DNA of 62,789 nucleotides from Dehalococcoidales bacterium (GCA_016286345.1 JAEESL010000003.1:1-62789), one strand, 5' to 3'; positions 29,280 through 38,005 are shown, numbered from the stretch's first letter. The notes: a model not told the origin generated them from the letters alone. Made by a program: numbers and translations.

Positions 29280-30755
29280 ATGATTAAGAAAGTATTAATT
29301 GCCAACAGAGGTGAGATCGCGATCCGTGTGATGCGAGCTTGCCGTGAACTGGGAATAAGCACAGTCGCTGTTTATTCAGAAGCAGATAAAAATGCTCTGT
29401 TCGTACGATATGCTGATGAAGCTTATTCCATTGGTGCTGCCAGAGCAACCGACAGTTATCTCAACGGAGAAAAGATTGTTGATGTATGTAAAAAATGCGG
29501 TGCAGATGCGATCCATCCTGGCTATGGCTTCTTAAGTGAAAATGCGGCATTTGCAAAACTATGTGAAGATAACGGGATCATATTCATTGGACCGTCTCAT
29601 AAAATCATTTCTCTGATGGGAAGCAAAGTGGCAGCCAGAAAAGAATTGAAGAAAGCTGACATTCCTTTGGTTCCAGGATGTGAAGATCTCATCAAAGATA
29701 TCGATCAGGCTAAATCGATTGCAAAGGATATCGGATATCCTGTTATTGTTAAACCTTCCGGCGGTGGCGGCGGTATCGGTATGAAAGTCGCTTATTCAGA
29801 AGACGAACTTGAAGATGCGATCAGACAGTCAAAGGAAATGGCCGGTAAGGCATTCAAGGACAATGGTGTTTATCTTGAACACTTCATTGTCAATCCGAGA
29901 CATATCGAAATACAGATACTCGGTGATAAATTCGGAAACGTTGTTTATCTTGGGGAACGTGAGTGTTCCATCCAGAGACGTTATCAGAAGGTTATCGAAG
30001 AGGCTCCATGTTCGATCATGACTGAAGAAAAACGACGTGAGATGGGTGAAGTCGCTGTCAGAGTAGGTAAGGCTGTTAATTACCAGAGTGCTGGTACTGT
30101 CGAATTCATTTATTCAAACGGCAGATTCTTTTTTATGGAAATGAATACCAGAGTCCAGGTAGAACATCCTGTTACTGAAATGGTAACCGGTGTAGATATT
30201 GTTAAGGAACAGATCAATATTGCTAATGGTCTTCCTCTTTCTATCAAACAGGAAGATATTCACATGAACGGCGTAGCAATTGAATGTCGTATCAATGCCG
30301 AAGATCCTCTTAATGATTTTGCTCCCCAGTCAGGTAAGCTGAAAGGCTACCGTTCACCTGGTGGAGTAGGTGTCAGAGTCGACAGCGGTGTTCATACAAA
30401 ATTTGTTATTCCTTATATGTACGACTCAATGATCAGCAAGCTGATTGTCTGGGGTAGAAACAGGGAAGAAGCAATTCTTCGAATGAAGCGAGCCCTGTAT
30501 GAATATATCATTATTGGCGTAAAGACCAATATTGTGTTCCATAAAGCTGTAATGAGAAATGAAAAGTTTATAAAGGGTGAGCTGACTACTCATTTTATAG
30601 AAGATGAAGGTGAAACTTTGATGCGTGAGATGAAGAATATTCTGGCAACAGAAGTTCCTCTTGCAGATAAGTTCGCAGAACTTTCATCCGATGGTGCAAA
30701 GATCGCAGCGATAGCAGGTGTCGCTGCATATTTAGAACAGCAGAATAAAAAATAA
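29280..30755 (+). CDS. pycA: biotin carboxylase (pyruvate carboxylase subunit A / AccC type)
   Basis: It has MIKKVLIANRGEIAIRVMRA and an ATP-grasp domain with GGGGIGMKV, EMNTRVQVEHPVTE. I prefer the ATG at 29280 over the track's TTG at 29268. Confidence 0.85.
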   Translation: MIKKVLIANRGEIAIRVMRACRELGISTVAVYSEADKNALFVRYADEAYSIGAARATDSYLNGEKIVDVCKKCGADAIHPGYGFLSENAAFAKLCEDNGIIFIGPSHKIISLMGSKVAARKELKKADIPLVPGCEDLIKDIDQAKSIAKDIGYPVIVKPSGGGGGIGMKVAYSEDELEDAIRQSKEMAGKAFKDNGVYLEHFIVNPRHIEIQILGDKFGNVVYLGERECSIQRRYQKVIEEAPCSIMTEEKRREMGEVAVRVGKAVNYQSAGTVEFIYSNGRFFFMEMNTRVQVEHPVTEMVTGVDIVKEQINIANGLPLSIKQEDIHMNGVAIECRINAEDPLNDFAPQSGKLKGYRSPGGVGVRVDSGVHTKFVIPYMYDSMISKLIVWGRNREEAILRMKRALYEYIIIGVKTNIVFHKAVMRNEKFIKGELTTHFIEDEGETLMREMKNILATEVPLADKFAELSSDGAKIAAIAGVAAYLEQQNKK

Positions 30756-30778
30756 TATTTTTTTTGAGGGGGTATCAC

Positions 30779-31210
30779 ATGGGTGATGGCGGTGGTCTTG
30801 ACCAGTATATGACATATTTAAAGGAAACTCTTTCAAAGCAGTACAACGAAATTGCTGTTGATCACATGATCAATCCTCGTAACTGCGAGGAACTGACTGA
30901 GTTTTCAGGTTTCGGAATGGCAGATTACGGAGTCGATCATTCAGTAATGATATGGCTCAAGACAGAGGGTGAGAATGTAATTGAAACATCATTTTCATCT
31001 GATCCGTGTTATTTCTGCACAGCTGCCGGAAGTGCAGTATCAGAAATGGCCAGAAATAAAACTATCAGTGACCTCAAGGCAATTGACCGGGAACAAGTAC
31101 TTCAATTTCTGCATGGCCTTCCTGAGGATTCCTACAAGTGTATTGATCTCGCTGTAGATGCGATTCATGCTGCAGCAGACGATGCAGAGCATTTTGTTCC
31201 TCTTGCTTAA
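30779..31210 (+). CDS. IscU/NifU-N-like protein with non-canonical Cys pattern
   Basis: It has HMINPRN and the LPEDSYKCIDLAVDAIHAA tail, as in IscU. The first cluster Cys (CGD) is replaced by GVDHS, and the second region reads PCYFCTAAGSA. The ATG at 30779 follows a GAGGGGG RBS. Confidence 0.6.
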   Translation: MGDGGGLDQYMTYLKETLSKQYNEIAVDHMINPRNCEELTEFSGFGMADYGVDHSVMIWLKTEGENVIETSFSSDPCYFCTAAGSAVSEMARNKTISDLKAIDREQVLQFLHGLPEDSYKCIDLAVDAIHAAADDAEHFVPLA

Positions 31211-31232
31211 GATAAACAAGGAGTATTGATCG

Positions 31233-33023
31233 ATGAAGGCTTTATTAAGTGGTAATGAAGCAATAGCACTTGGCGCCTATCATGCAGGTATCAGAGTTGC
31301 TACTGCTTATCCTGGGACTCCTTCAACGGAGATCCTTACTGAACTCGCAAAGCATGATGATATTTATGCAGAATGGTCCACGAATGAAAAGGTAGCAATG
31401 GAAGTTGCAATCGGTTCATCATACGCCGGTGCCAGGACCATTGTTTCAATGAAACATGTCGGTCTCAATGTGGCCAGTGACCCGTTCATGGCTGTTGCAG
31501 CAACAGGTGTCAACGGAGGTCTGGTTGTAGTTACAGCTGACGATCCAGGTATTGGAAGCTCACAGAATGAACAGGATAACCGATATTACGGTAAACTTGC
31601 CGGTATTCCTGTTCTGGAGCCTAATGACAGCCAGAGTGCTTATGATCTGACTATGTATGCATTTGAATTAAGTGAAAAGTATGACACTCCTGTGATTCTG
31701 CGTTCAACGACCAGAATCTCTCATTCAAAAGCTGTTGTTGAGACTGACAGGGAACGACCGCAGAATCTTCCTGCGCTTGGATTTAAATTCAATGCCAAGA
31801 AACTTGTTACTTTACCCGCCCATGCCAGAGAACTTCACAAGGTTAATGTAGAGAGACTTAGAAAACTGGCTGAAGCAAGTGATGAATATGAAGGCAATGA
31901 AGAGATCTTCAGATCACCGGACTTCGGTATCATCACTGCCGGTATTTCATATCAGCACGCTATGCAGATTTTCCCTGATGCATCATATCTTAAACTGACT
32001 TTCAGCTATCCTTTGCCCGAAAATAAGATCAGAGATTTTGCTTCCAAGGTAAAGAAGGTTATCGTCATTGAAGAATTAGAGCCGATTATGGAAGAACAGA
32101 TCAAGGCTATGGGTATCGATGTGGAAGGCAAGAAATATCTTCCTCTCTGCGGAGAACTCAGTGCAGATATCATCCGAAAGGCTGCAAAAGCCGCAGATTG
32201 GCCCGGGAACCTTGAACACAATGATAATCTCGAACCGGATTATTTCCCGCCCAGAGCGCCAGCTCTTTGCCCTGGATGTCCTCATGTCGGTCTTTTCTAT
32301 ACTCTCAGTAATCTTGCTATTCGAAGAGCTGATGATGATAAAAAACTCATCATCAATGGCGATATCGGATGCTATACTCTTGGCGCACAGCCTCCTTTGA
32401 ATGCAATGGATGCATGTGGATGCATGGGTGCCGGAATCGGTTACTCACAGGGCATGTATCATGCCGGATTAAACCAGAAGACAGTATCTCTTATCGGTGA
32501 CTCAACATTCCTTCATTCCGGTATGACCACACTTCTCAATGCTGTTTATAATAAAGCTGAAGGGCTTACTATCATTCTTGATAACTCAATTACCGCAATG
32601 ACAGGTCATCAGCCTCATCCTGCCTGTCCTTATACTGCCCAGCGTAAGCCGACAAAAGCAGTTGATTTGGTTGCTGTCTGCAGGGCACTCGGTGCCGATT
32701 CAGTCGAAACAGTTAATGCTTTTGATATGAAGGCTCTGAAAGATGCTGTTACCTCTAATCTTGAGAAGAGCGGTGTCAATGTTCTTATCGTTATGGGCAG
32801 ATGTGCTGCAATCAATAAAGAAGGACGTGGGCAGAAGATGTTCTGCAGCCCGTTTGATTGTGTGAAATGCGGTACCTGTCTTAAACTCGGATGCCCGGCT
32901 CTCAAGATCGGTTCCAACGGAACTGTTGAAATCGATCAGGATCTATGCTTTGGAGAAAATTGTGCCATATGTGCACAGGTCTGTCCGAAGCATGCTATTT
33001 CTAAACTTGATGGAGGAAATTAG
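31233..33023 (+). CDS. iorA: indolepyruvate:ferredoxin oxidoreductase alpha subunit
   Basis: 596 aa. It has MKALLSGNEAIALGAYHAGIRVATAYPGTPSTEI, the TPP motif GDIGCYTLG...GDSTFLHSG, and C-terminal ferredoxin-type Cys clusters. Confidence 0.85.
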   Translation: MKALLSGNEAIALGAYHAGIRVATAYPGTPSTEILTELAKHDDIYAEWSTNEKVAMEVAIGSSYAGARTIVSMKHVGLNVASDPFMAVAATGVNGGLVVVTADDPGIGSSQNEQDNRYYGKLAGIPVLEPNDSQSAYDLTMYAFELSEKYDTPVILRSTTRISHSKAVVETDRERPQNLPALGFKFNAKKLVTLPAHARELHKVNVERLRKLAEASDEYEGNEEIFRSPDFGIITAGISYQHAMQIFPDASYLKLTFSYPLPENKIRDFASKVKKVIVIEELEPIMEEQIKAMGIDVEGKKYLPLCGELSADIIRKAAKAADWPGNLEHNDNLEPDYFPPRAPALCPGCPHVGLFYTLSNLAIRRADDDKKLIINGDIGCYTLGAQPPLNAMDACGCMGAGIGYSQGMYHAGLNQKTVSLIGDSTFLHSGMTTLLNAVYNKAEGLTIILDNSITAMTGHQPHPACPYTAQRKPTKAVDLVAVCRALGADSVETVNAFDMKALKDAVTSNLEKSGVNVLIVMGRCAAINKEGRGQKMFCSPFDCVKCGTCLKLGCPALKIGSNGTVEIDQDLCFGENCAICAQVCPKHAISKLDGGN

Positions 33024-33025
33024 AA

Positions 33026-33700
33026 ATGGATATTGAGCACGGATTTGATATTGTATTAGTCGGTGTCGGAGGACAGGGCGTTGTTCTTGCCAGCGATATC
33101 CTTTCTGAAGTTGCAATGAGAAACGGGTATGATGTCAAAAAGACTGATACCCTTGGAATGGCTCAGCGGGGCGGCAGTGTAGTATCCAATGTAAGAATAG
33201 CTCCGAAGATTTATTCACCTATTATTGATCGGGGAGATGCCAATTTCCTCGTCGGTTTTGAAAAGCTTGAAACTGTAAGATATGCAGATATGCTCCGAAC
33301 TGACGGGGTTACATTGATGAACGATTCTAAGATTGATCCCGTTTCTGTCAGTACAGGAAAAGGAGAATATCCTTCTGATCAGGCGATTGATGCTGAAATT
33401 GCCAAATATGCTGATAATACCATCAAGTTCGACGCAACCGAAAAGAGCCACGAACTTGGAAACGTCAAGGTCCTTAATACGATCATGCTTGGAGCATTGT
33501 CATTCTTCCTTCCGTTTTCTGTCAGCAAATGGAATGAAGTTTTGGCGGAAAGACTTCCTGCAAAGGTTGTGGATATAAACCTTGATGCATTTAAAGCCGG
33601 TAGAGCTATCATTCTTGATATCATCAGTCGTGCTGAACCTGCCGACTTAAGTGGTGATGTTGAAGAAGAAAAAGAAGAAAATAATCAGTATTATATGTAA
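33026..33700 (+). CDS. iorB: indolepyruvate:ferredoxin oxidoreductase beta subunit
   Basis: 224 aa. It has VGVGGQGVVLASDIL and GMAQRGGSV (POR gamma-like), plus an acidic C-terminal tail. Confidence 0.8.
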   Translation: MDIEHGFDIVLVGVGGQGVVLASDILSEVAMRNGYDVKKTDTLGMAQRGGSVVSNVRIAPKIYSPIIDRGDANFLVGFEKLETVRYADMLRTDGVTLMNDSKIDPVSVSTGKGEYPSDQAIDAEIAKYADNTIKFDATEKSHELGNVKVLNTIMLGALSFFLPFSVSKWNEVLAERLPAKVVDINLDAFKAGRAIILDIISRAEPADLSGDVEEEKEENNQYYM

Positions 33701-33748
33701 TATTTAAAAAAGCAGTCGTCAGACTGCGAGATTTACAAAGTCTCAAAT

Positions 33749-33788
33749 AATGGCCAATATTATATAAAACAATATAACATTGGCCATT
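33749..33788 (+). terminator. long 17-bp-stem hairpin downstream of iorB (terminator or protein-binding palindrome)
   Basis: AATGGCCAATATTATAT (33749-33765) pairs with ATATAACATTGGCCATT (33772-33788) with one mismatch and the loop AAAACA, followed by ACTGTTTTC. Confidence 0.5.
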
Positions 33789-33844
33789 ACTGTTTTCAGA
33801 GCTTATTTTTTGATTCTGTTGCCTGTCCGGTGTTCATATATAGT

Positions 33845-33889
33845 TGTAAAAGGAAAGACCTCAGATTCCCATTATATCTGAGGCCTTTC
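33845..33889 (-). terminator. rho-independent terminator of the flavin reductase gene
   Basis: A 14-bp stem (GAAAGGCCTCAGAT / ATCTGAGGTCTTTC on the minus strand, one mismatch) is followed by CTTTTAC. Confidence 0.7.
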
Positions 33890-33925
33890 ACACCCAAGGA
33901 GGAGTTCTGATAAAGGTTTTTGCCT

Positions 33926-34504
33926 TTACTTTTTATGGACCAGTTCTTTTCCGCATTTGAATGCGGGTGCAAGGATTTCGCTTAGTGTCTGATAAGCGTT
34001 AACGGGACCAGGGGAGTAAACCAATGGCTTTATTATATTTATATCAAGCTGGCCGTCTGTGAAACAGTTTTCTGAAACGAAAGTGTCTACAACTTCGCCC
34101 AGCAGCAAATTGTGGCTCCCGAGTTCAATATTATTGATCAATTTACATTCCAGGTTGATAGGGCATTCTTCGATCATCGGAGCCGTTTCCAGATGCCCGT
34201 AAAAAATAGAGTATTCGCAGACTTCGATTTTGTTCTTTTTCTTGCCGCTGACAATACCGCAGTAGTCTGCCTGGACTGCCATGTCTGCATTTGGAACATT
34301 GACGGAGAAGGTCTCATTCTCCTGAATGCCCAGATATGAATATCTTGAAGGACGGACTGCAATGGAAATAATCGGCGGGTTGCCGCATGCCACTCCGCCC
34401 CATGCACATGTCATAACATTGGGTTTTCCATTGACCATGGAGCCGATCAGAAAAGACGGCATAGGGAAAACCAATGTAGATGGGCCGAGTGATTTTTTCT
34501 CCAT
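33926..34504 (-). CDS. flavin reductase-like FMN-binding (split-barrel) protein
   Basis: 192 aa. It has PNVMTCAWGGVACGNPPIISIAVRPSRYS and similar segments typical of the flavin_reduct family. Confidence 0.8.
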   Translation of the reverse strand: MEKKSLGPSTLVFPMPSFLIGSMVNGKPNVMTCAWGGVACGNPPIISIAVRPSRYSYLGIQENETFSVNVPNADMAVQADYCGIVSGKKKNKIEVCEYSIFYGHLETAPMIEECPINLECKLINNIELGSHNLLLGEVVDTFVSENCFTDGQLDINIIKPLVYSPGPVNAYQTLSEILAPAFKCGKELVHKK

Positions 34505-34523
34505 TGCAAACCTCCTTTTGTTT

Positions 34524-34567
34524 TCAAAATTTACGGGGCGAGGATTATTAAGTTGGGCCTCGCCCCG
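34524..34567 (-). terminator. rho-independent terminator of ftsZ
   Basis: CGGGGCGAGG (34534-34543) pairs with CCTCGCCCCG (34558-34567). On the minus strand it is followed by GTAAATTTTG. Confidence 0.75.
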
Positions 34568-34589
34568 ATAGAGAGAGCTTAATTATTGA

Positions 34590-35816
34590 TTACCAGGCGC
34601 GTCGGGTTGAATATGCCTGCTGACCGTAGCTGGGTCTTACTGAGTAGGTGCTGCCGTATGAACTGTAGGGGTTGACATTCTGTGCAGAGTATGACTGCGG
34701 AGCAGCTACACGACGGCTTGAATAACCGGACTGTGTTCGTAAGAATGAAGGTATATCAAGTTCAGTTTCGCTTCGCATGTCGCGGACAGCCTGAACGTTC
34801 TTAACATATGAATTAGTCTGAGAATATGCGTCTTCTGCTGTTTCTTCAATATAAGCGTCTGCAGTGTCGAAACCGGTGGCGATCAGTGTCATTCTGACCT
34901 CATCGCCCATGTCGTCATCAGTCATAACACCGAATATGATGTTTGCATCTGAATCCACCTGGCTTCTGATATATTCGGCTGCTTCATTTACTTCATATAA
35001 TGTGAGTGAGCTGCTGCCGACAACATTGAACATAATACCCTTTGAACCTTCGATTGAACCGGTAAGAAGGGGACTGTGAAGAGCATTATATGCTGCATCC
35101 ATGACTCGCTTGTCACCTACGCCTCGTCCGATTGACATCCATGCAGGTCCTGCGTTTGACATGATTGATCTGACATCAGCGAAGTCAAGATTGATAAGAC
35201 CGGGCATTGTAATAACTTCAGCGATTGCCTGGACACCATTGCATAATACGCCGTCAGCTACTCTGAAGGCTTCATCAACACTGATCTGTGTTGATTCCTG
35301 ACAAATATCGAATAATCGCTGGTTTGGAACAACTACAAGTGTATCGACATTGGGGATAAGTGCCTGCAGACCTTCTTCTGCATTCTGGGCACGGACCTGA
35401 CCTTCAAAATCAAAGGGTCGGGTAACTATGGCAATTGTAAGAGCGCCTGCTTTCTTTGCCATTTCAGCGACAACAGGGGCTGAACCGGTACCGGTACCGC
35501 CACCCATACCTGCTGCAACAAAGACCATATCGCTGCCTTCAACAAGGTTCTGGATTTCTCTGATGCTTTCTTCTGCAGCTTCTTTGCCGACCTCATGCTT
35601 GCCGCCTGCACCGAGACCACGGGTGCATCGTGCACCTAACTGGATCTTGATGGGGGCCTTGCATGTTGCCAGGTGCTGTGAATCAGTATTGACTACTGCA
35701 AATTCAACACCGTGAATTCCTGATTCGACCATTCGTGAAACTGCATTGCTTCCTGCGCCTCCGCAGCCGACGACTTTGATTTTTGCTCCGCTCTGAAAGA
35801 ACTTGGGTTGCTCCAT
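34590..35816 (-). CDS. ftsZ: cell division protein FtsZ with extended Ser/Tyr/Gln-rich C-terminal tail
   Basis: 408 aa. It has GCGGAGSNAV, the GGGTGTGSAP tubulin signature and the conserved C-terminal peptide LDIPSFLR, followed by 48 further residues. Confidence 0.95.
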   Translation of the reverse strand: MEQPKFFQSGAKIKVVGCGGAGSNAVSRMVESGIHGVEFAVVNTDSQHLATCKAPIKIQLGARCTRGLGAGGKHEVGKEAAEESIREIQNLVEGSDMVFVAAGMGGGTGTGSAPVVAEMAKKAGALTIAIVTRPFDFEGQVRAQNAEEGLQALIPNVDTLVVVPNQRLFDICQESTQISVDEAFRVADGVLCNGVQAIAEVITMPGLINLDFADVRSIMSNAGPAWMSIGRGVGDKRVMDAAYNALHSPLLTGSIEGSKGIMFNVVGSSSLTLYEVNEAAEYIRSQVDSDANIIFGVMTDDDMGDEVRMTLIATGFDTADAYIEETAEDAYSQTNSYVKNVQAVRDMRSETELDIPSFLRTQSGYSSRRVAAPQSYSAQNVNPYSSYGSTYSVRPSYGQQAYSTRRAW

Positions 35817-35855
35817 TGTCTTACTCCTTCTTTAACTTCTTCTAATGGGATTTAT

Positions 35856-36989
35856 TTAATTTGAGTTCAGGGTCCACAATAATGTTCCGACTACAGTTGC
35901 AAAACACGGCTCAAACAGATTGTCGGATACACCGACTAAATCTGGGGGAGTACCGATACGAACAGGTAGTCGGGCAATATCAGCAGCCAGATTTTCAATA
36001 CCGGGCATATTTGTCGCACCGCCCGTAAGAACAATACCGGCTCTCATACTGTTGTATAGTTCATCAGGAAGTTCGAGCATGATGAGTCGCATAAGTTCAT
36101 CAAGTCTGGACTTAGTGATGTCATAAAGATCTTTGTAGGGAATGGCATATCCGTTCTCATTGATAACTCTTTCGAAGATCGCCTGATCACTGGGATCAAC
36201 GCCGACATACTGGCATTTCAGAGATTCAGCAAAATCCTCGGGAATATTGAGACCGACAGCAATGTCATGAGTGATGGATGAACCGCCGACAGGAATAGTG
36301 GTGGTTCTGACAATATAACCGTCTTTGAAGATGGCAATGTCGGTCGTTCCGGCTCCGATGTCTGCCATGATCACGCCGCTCTGTCTTTCATCTTCTGTAA
36401 GTACTGCTTCGGATGAAGCCAGAGGTGCATAGATTATCTGTTCGACATTTGAACCGGCACCGCGGACACTCTTGGTAAGGTTTTCAAGAGTTGAATAGGG
36501 GGCAGTTACGATATGGGCATCGCAGTCGAGTCTGAAACCATGCATGCCGCGGGGATCCTTGATGCCTTCCTGCTTGTCGATGGCGTATCGCTGGGGGATA
36601 AGGTGGAGAAGGGTGGTTTCATCTTCATCGTTTTCATCAGTCTGTTTAACGATATCAAGAACTCGGTCCACATCATCTTCGGTGATGATCTGTTTTCTGT
36701 TGCTGACGGCGATGACGCCTCTTTTATTAAAGGAAGATATATTATTGCTGCTGGCATTTACATATACATTGCTTGCTTTCATGCCGGCAGACTGTTCTGC
36801 TGCTTTGATTGCTTTTTTGATCGAAACCTTGGCTGCGTCAAGATTGGTGACTAAACCTTTCTGAACACCGACAGAAGGGGCACATCCGACTCCGAGGATT
36901 CGGAGATCTTCGCCGTCTGCAGTGTCAGCCATAACACAACAAATTTTGCTGCTGCCTACATCCAGTGCTGCAAAATTTCGTCTTTTCAT
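35856..36989 (-). CDS. ftsA: cell division protein FtsA (short form, no evident C-terminal amphipathic helix)
   Basis: 377 aa. It has the actin-fold motifs ALDVGSSKICCVM, ADIGAGTTDIAIF and VLTGGATNMPG, and lies immediately upstream of ftsZ. Confidence 0.9.
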   Translation of the reverse strand: MKRRNFAALDVGSSKICCVMADTADGEDLRILGVGCAPSVGVQKGLVTNLDAAKVSIKKAIKAAEQSAGMKASNVYVNASSNNISSFNKRGVIAVSNRKQIITEDDVDRVLDIVKQTDENDEDETTLLHLIPQRYAIDKQEGIKDPRGMHGFRLDCDAHIVTAPYSTLENLTKSVRGAGSNVEQIIYAPLASSEAVLTEDERQSGVIMADIGAGTTDIAIFKDGYIVRTTTIPVGGSSITHDIAVGLNIPEDFAESLKCQYVGVDPSDQAIFERVINENGYAIPYKDLYDITKSRLDELMRLIMLELPDELYNSMRAGIVLTGGATNMPGIENLAADIARLPVRIGTPPDLVGVSDNLFEPCFATVVGTLLWTLNSN

Positions 36990-37034
36990 CAGGTTCCTCC
37001 AGTCTTTCTCACTGTCTCTTCATCTTCCGGATTT

Positions 37035-37203
37035 TTGTCCGGGGTGAATTTGTGCATTATTATTACGCACACGCAAAGCTACCTTCAAAAACTGTCGATA
37101 ATTGTCCAAAGTTGTCCGTAAATTGAAAATTGTCTGGACAAAATTCATTGAAAAACAACAGTGATTTGTCTAGAATAAAGAGGCTATGAACAGTGATTTG
37201 TCC
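37035..37203 (+). repeat. six same-strand TTGTC[CT] motifs plus a 14-bp direct repeat AACAGTGATTTGTC x2
   Basis: TTGTCC/T occurs at 37035, 37102, 37112, 37130 (part of the palindrome TTGTC-TG-GACAA), 37166 and 37198. AACAGTGATTTGTC occurs at 37157-37170 and 37189-37202, the second copy overlapping the ATG at 37186. Confidence 0.6.
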
Positions 37204-37869
37204 GCTAAATATATGAATCCTCCTTGTGTTTCATGGAAGACTTTCTTCAATTTTCTTTTATCTCTTGCAGACAAAATCCCTGCCAGGATAGACAGGAGCT
37301 GCTGGTCGCAGCTGCTCAGCGGATCCAATGGAAAAGCTGTGGTCAATGCCATGCGGTTTCTTGATCTGATCGATAATACTGATGCCCCGACAGAGAGACT
37401 TAAATCATTCCTGAAGTCCAATGCTTCAGAACGTATTAATATTATGAATAAGATTCTGACTAACTCCTATGATGCAGCTTTCAATAAGAAGTTCAGTCTG
37501 GTCAATGCTACTCAGAGCCAGTTATATGAATATTTCAAATCAACCTGCGGTCTTTCCAAAGAGGATTCAGATAAATGTATGAAATTCATTGCAGGCGGAA
37601 GTACTTATTCCTATATAACACTGGCAAGCGGTGCAGACAAAAATCATAAGAAGAAAACAGCTGTAAAGACTATTCGGAATGCCGAAAATGATACGGACAA
37701 AACAGCTGATAATTTGTCCGAAAATCAAGAAAAATCTGTCCAATCAGCTAAGCCTCTTGAACGTTCACTTGTTGAAAAACTGCCTGAATTCAGAGACGAC
37801 TGGCCTTATGAAATGAAAATGGCCTGGTTCAAATTATCCCAGTCAATTGTTGATTCTGTACTGAAATAA
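37186..37869 (+). CDS. hypothetical protein (possibly DUF5343-like)
   Basis: 227 aa with an AAGAGG RBS. The N-terminal segment IPARIDRSCWSQLLSGSNGKAVVNAMRFLDLIDNTDAPTERL resembles my recollection of DUF5343. The middle is Lys/Asp-rich and low-complexity. Confidence 0.45.
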   Translation: MNSDLSAKYMNPPCVSWKTFFNFLLSLADKIPARIDRSCWSQLLSGSNGKAVVNAMRFLDLIDNTDAPTERLKSFLKSNASERINIMNKILTNSYDAAFNKKFSLVNATQSQLYEYFKSTCGLSKEDSDKCMKFIAGGSTYSYITLASGADKNHKKKTAVKTIRNAENDTDKTADNLSENQEKSVQSAKPLERSLVEKLPEFRDDWPYEMKMAWFKLSQSIVDSVLK

Positions 37870-37928
37870 AAGAGAACGTAATAACACTGTATCGATAAAA
37901 TCTTTGGAATTTTGAAGAGGATTCTTCA

Positions 37929-38005
37929 TGGCGACCTAGGGGGGATTTGAACCCCCGATCTCCACCGTGACAGGGTGGCATGTTAGACCACTACACCACT
38001 AGGCC
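37929..38005 (-). tRNA. tRNA-Asp (anticodon GUC), CCA encoded
   Basis: The reverse complement is GGCCTAG-TG-GTGT...CCACC-CTGTCAC-GGTGG...GGGGG-TTCAAAT-CCCCC-CTAGGTC-G-CCA. The acceptor has a G2:U71 wobble and the discriminator is G73. Confidence 0.9.
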
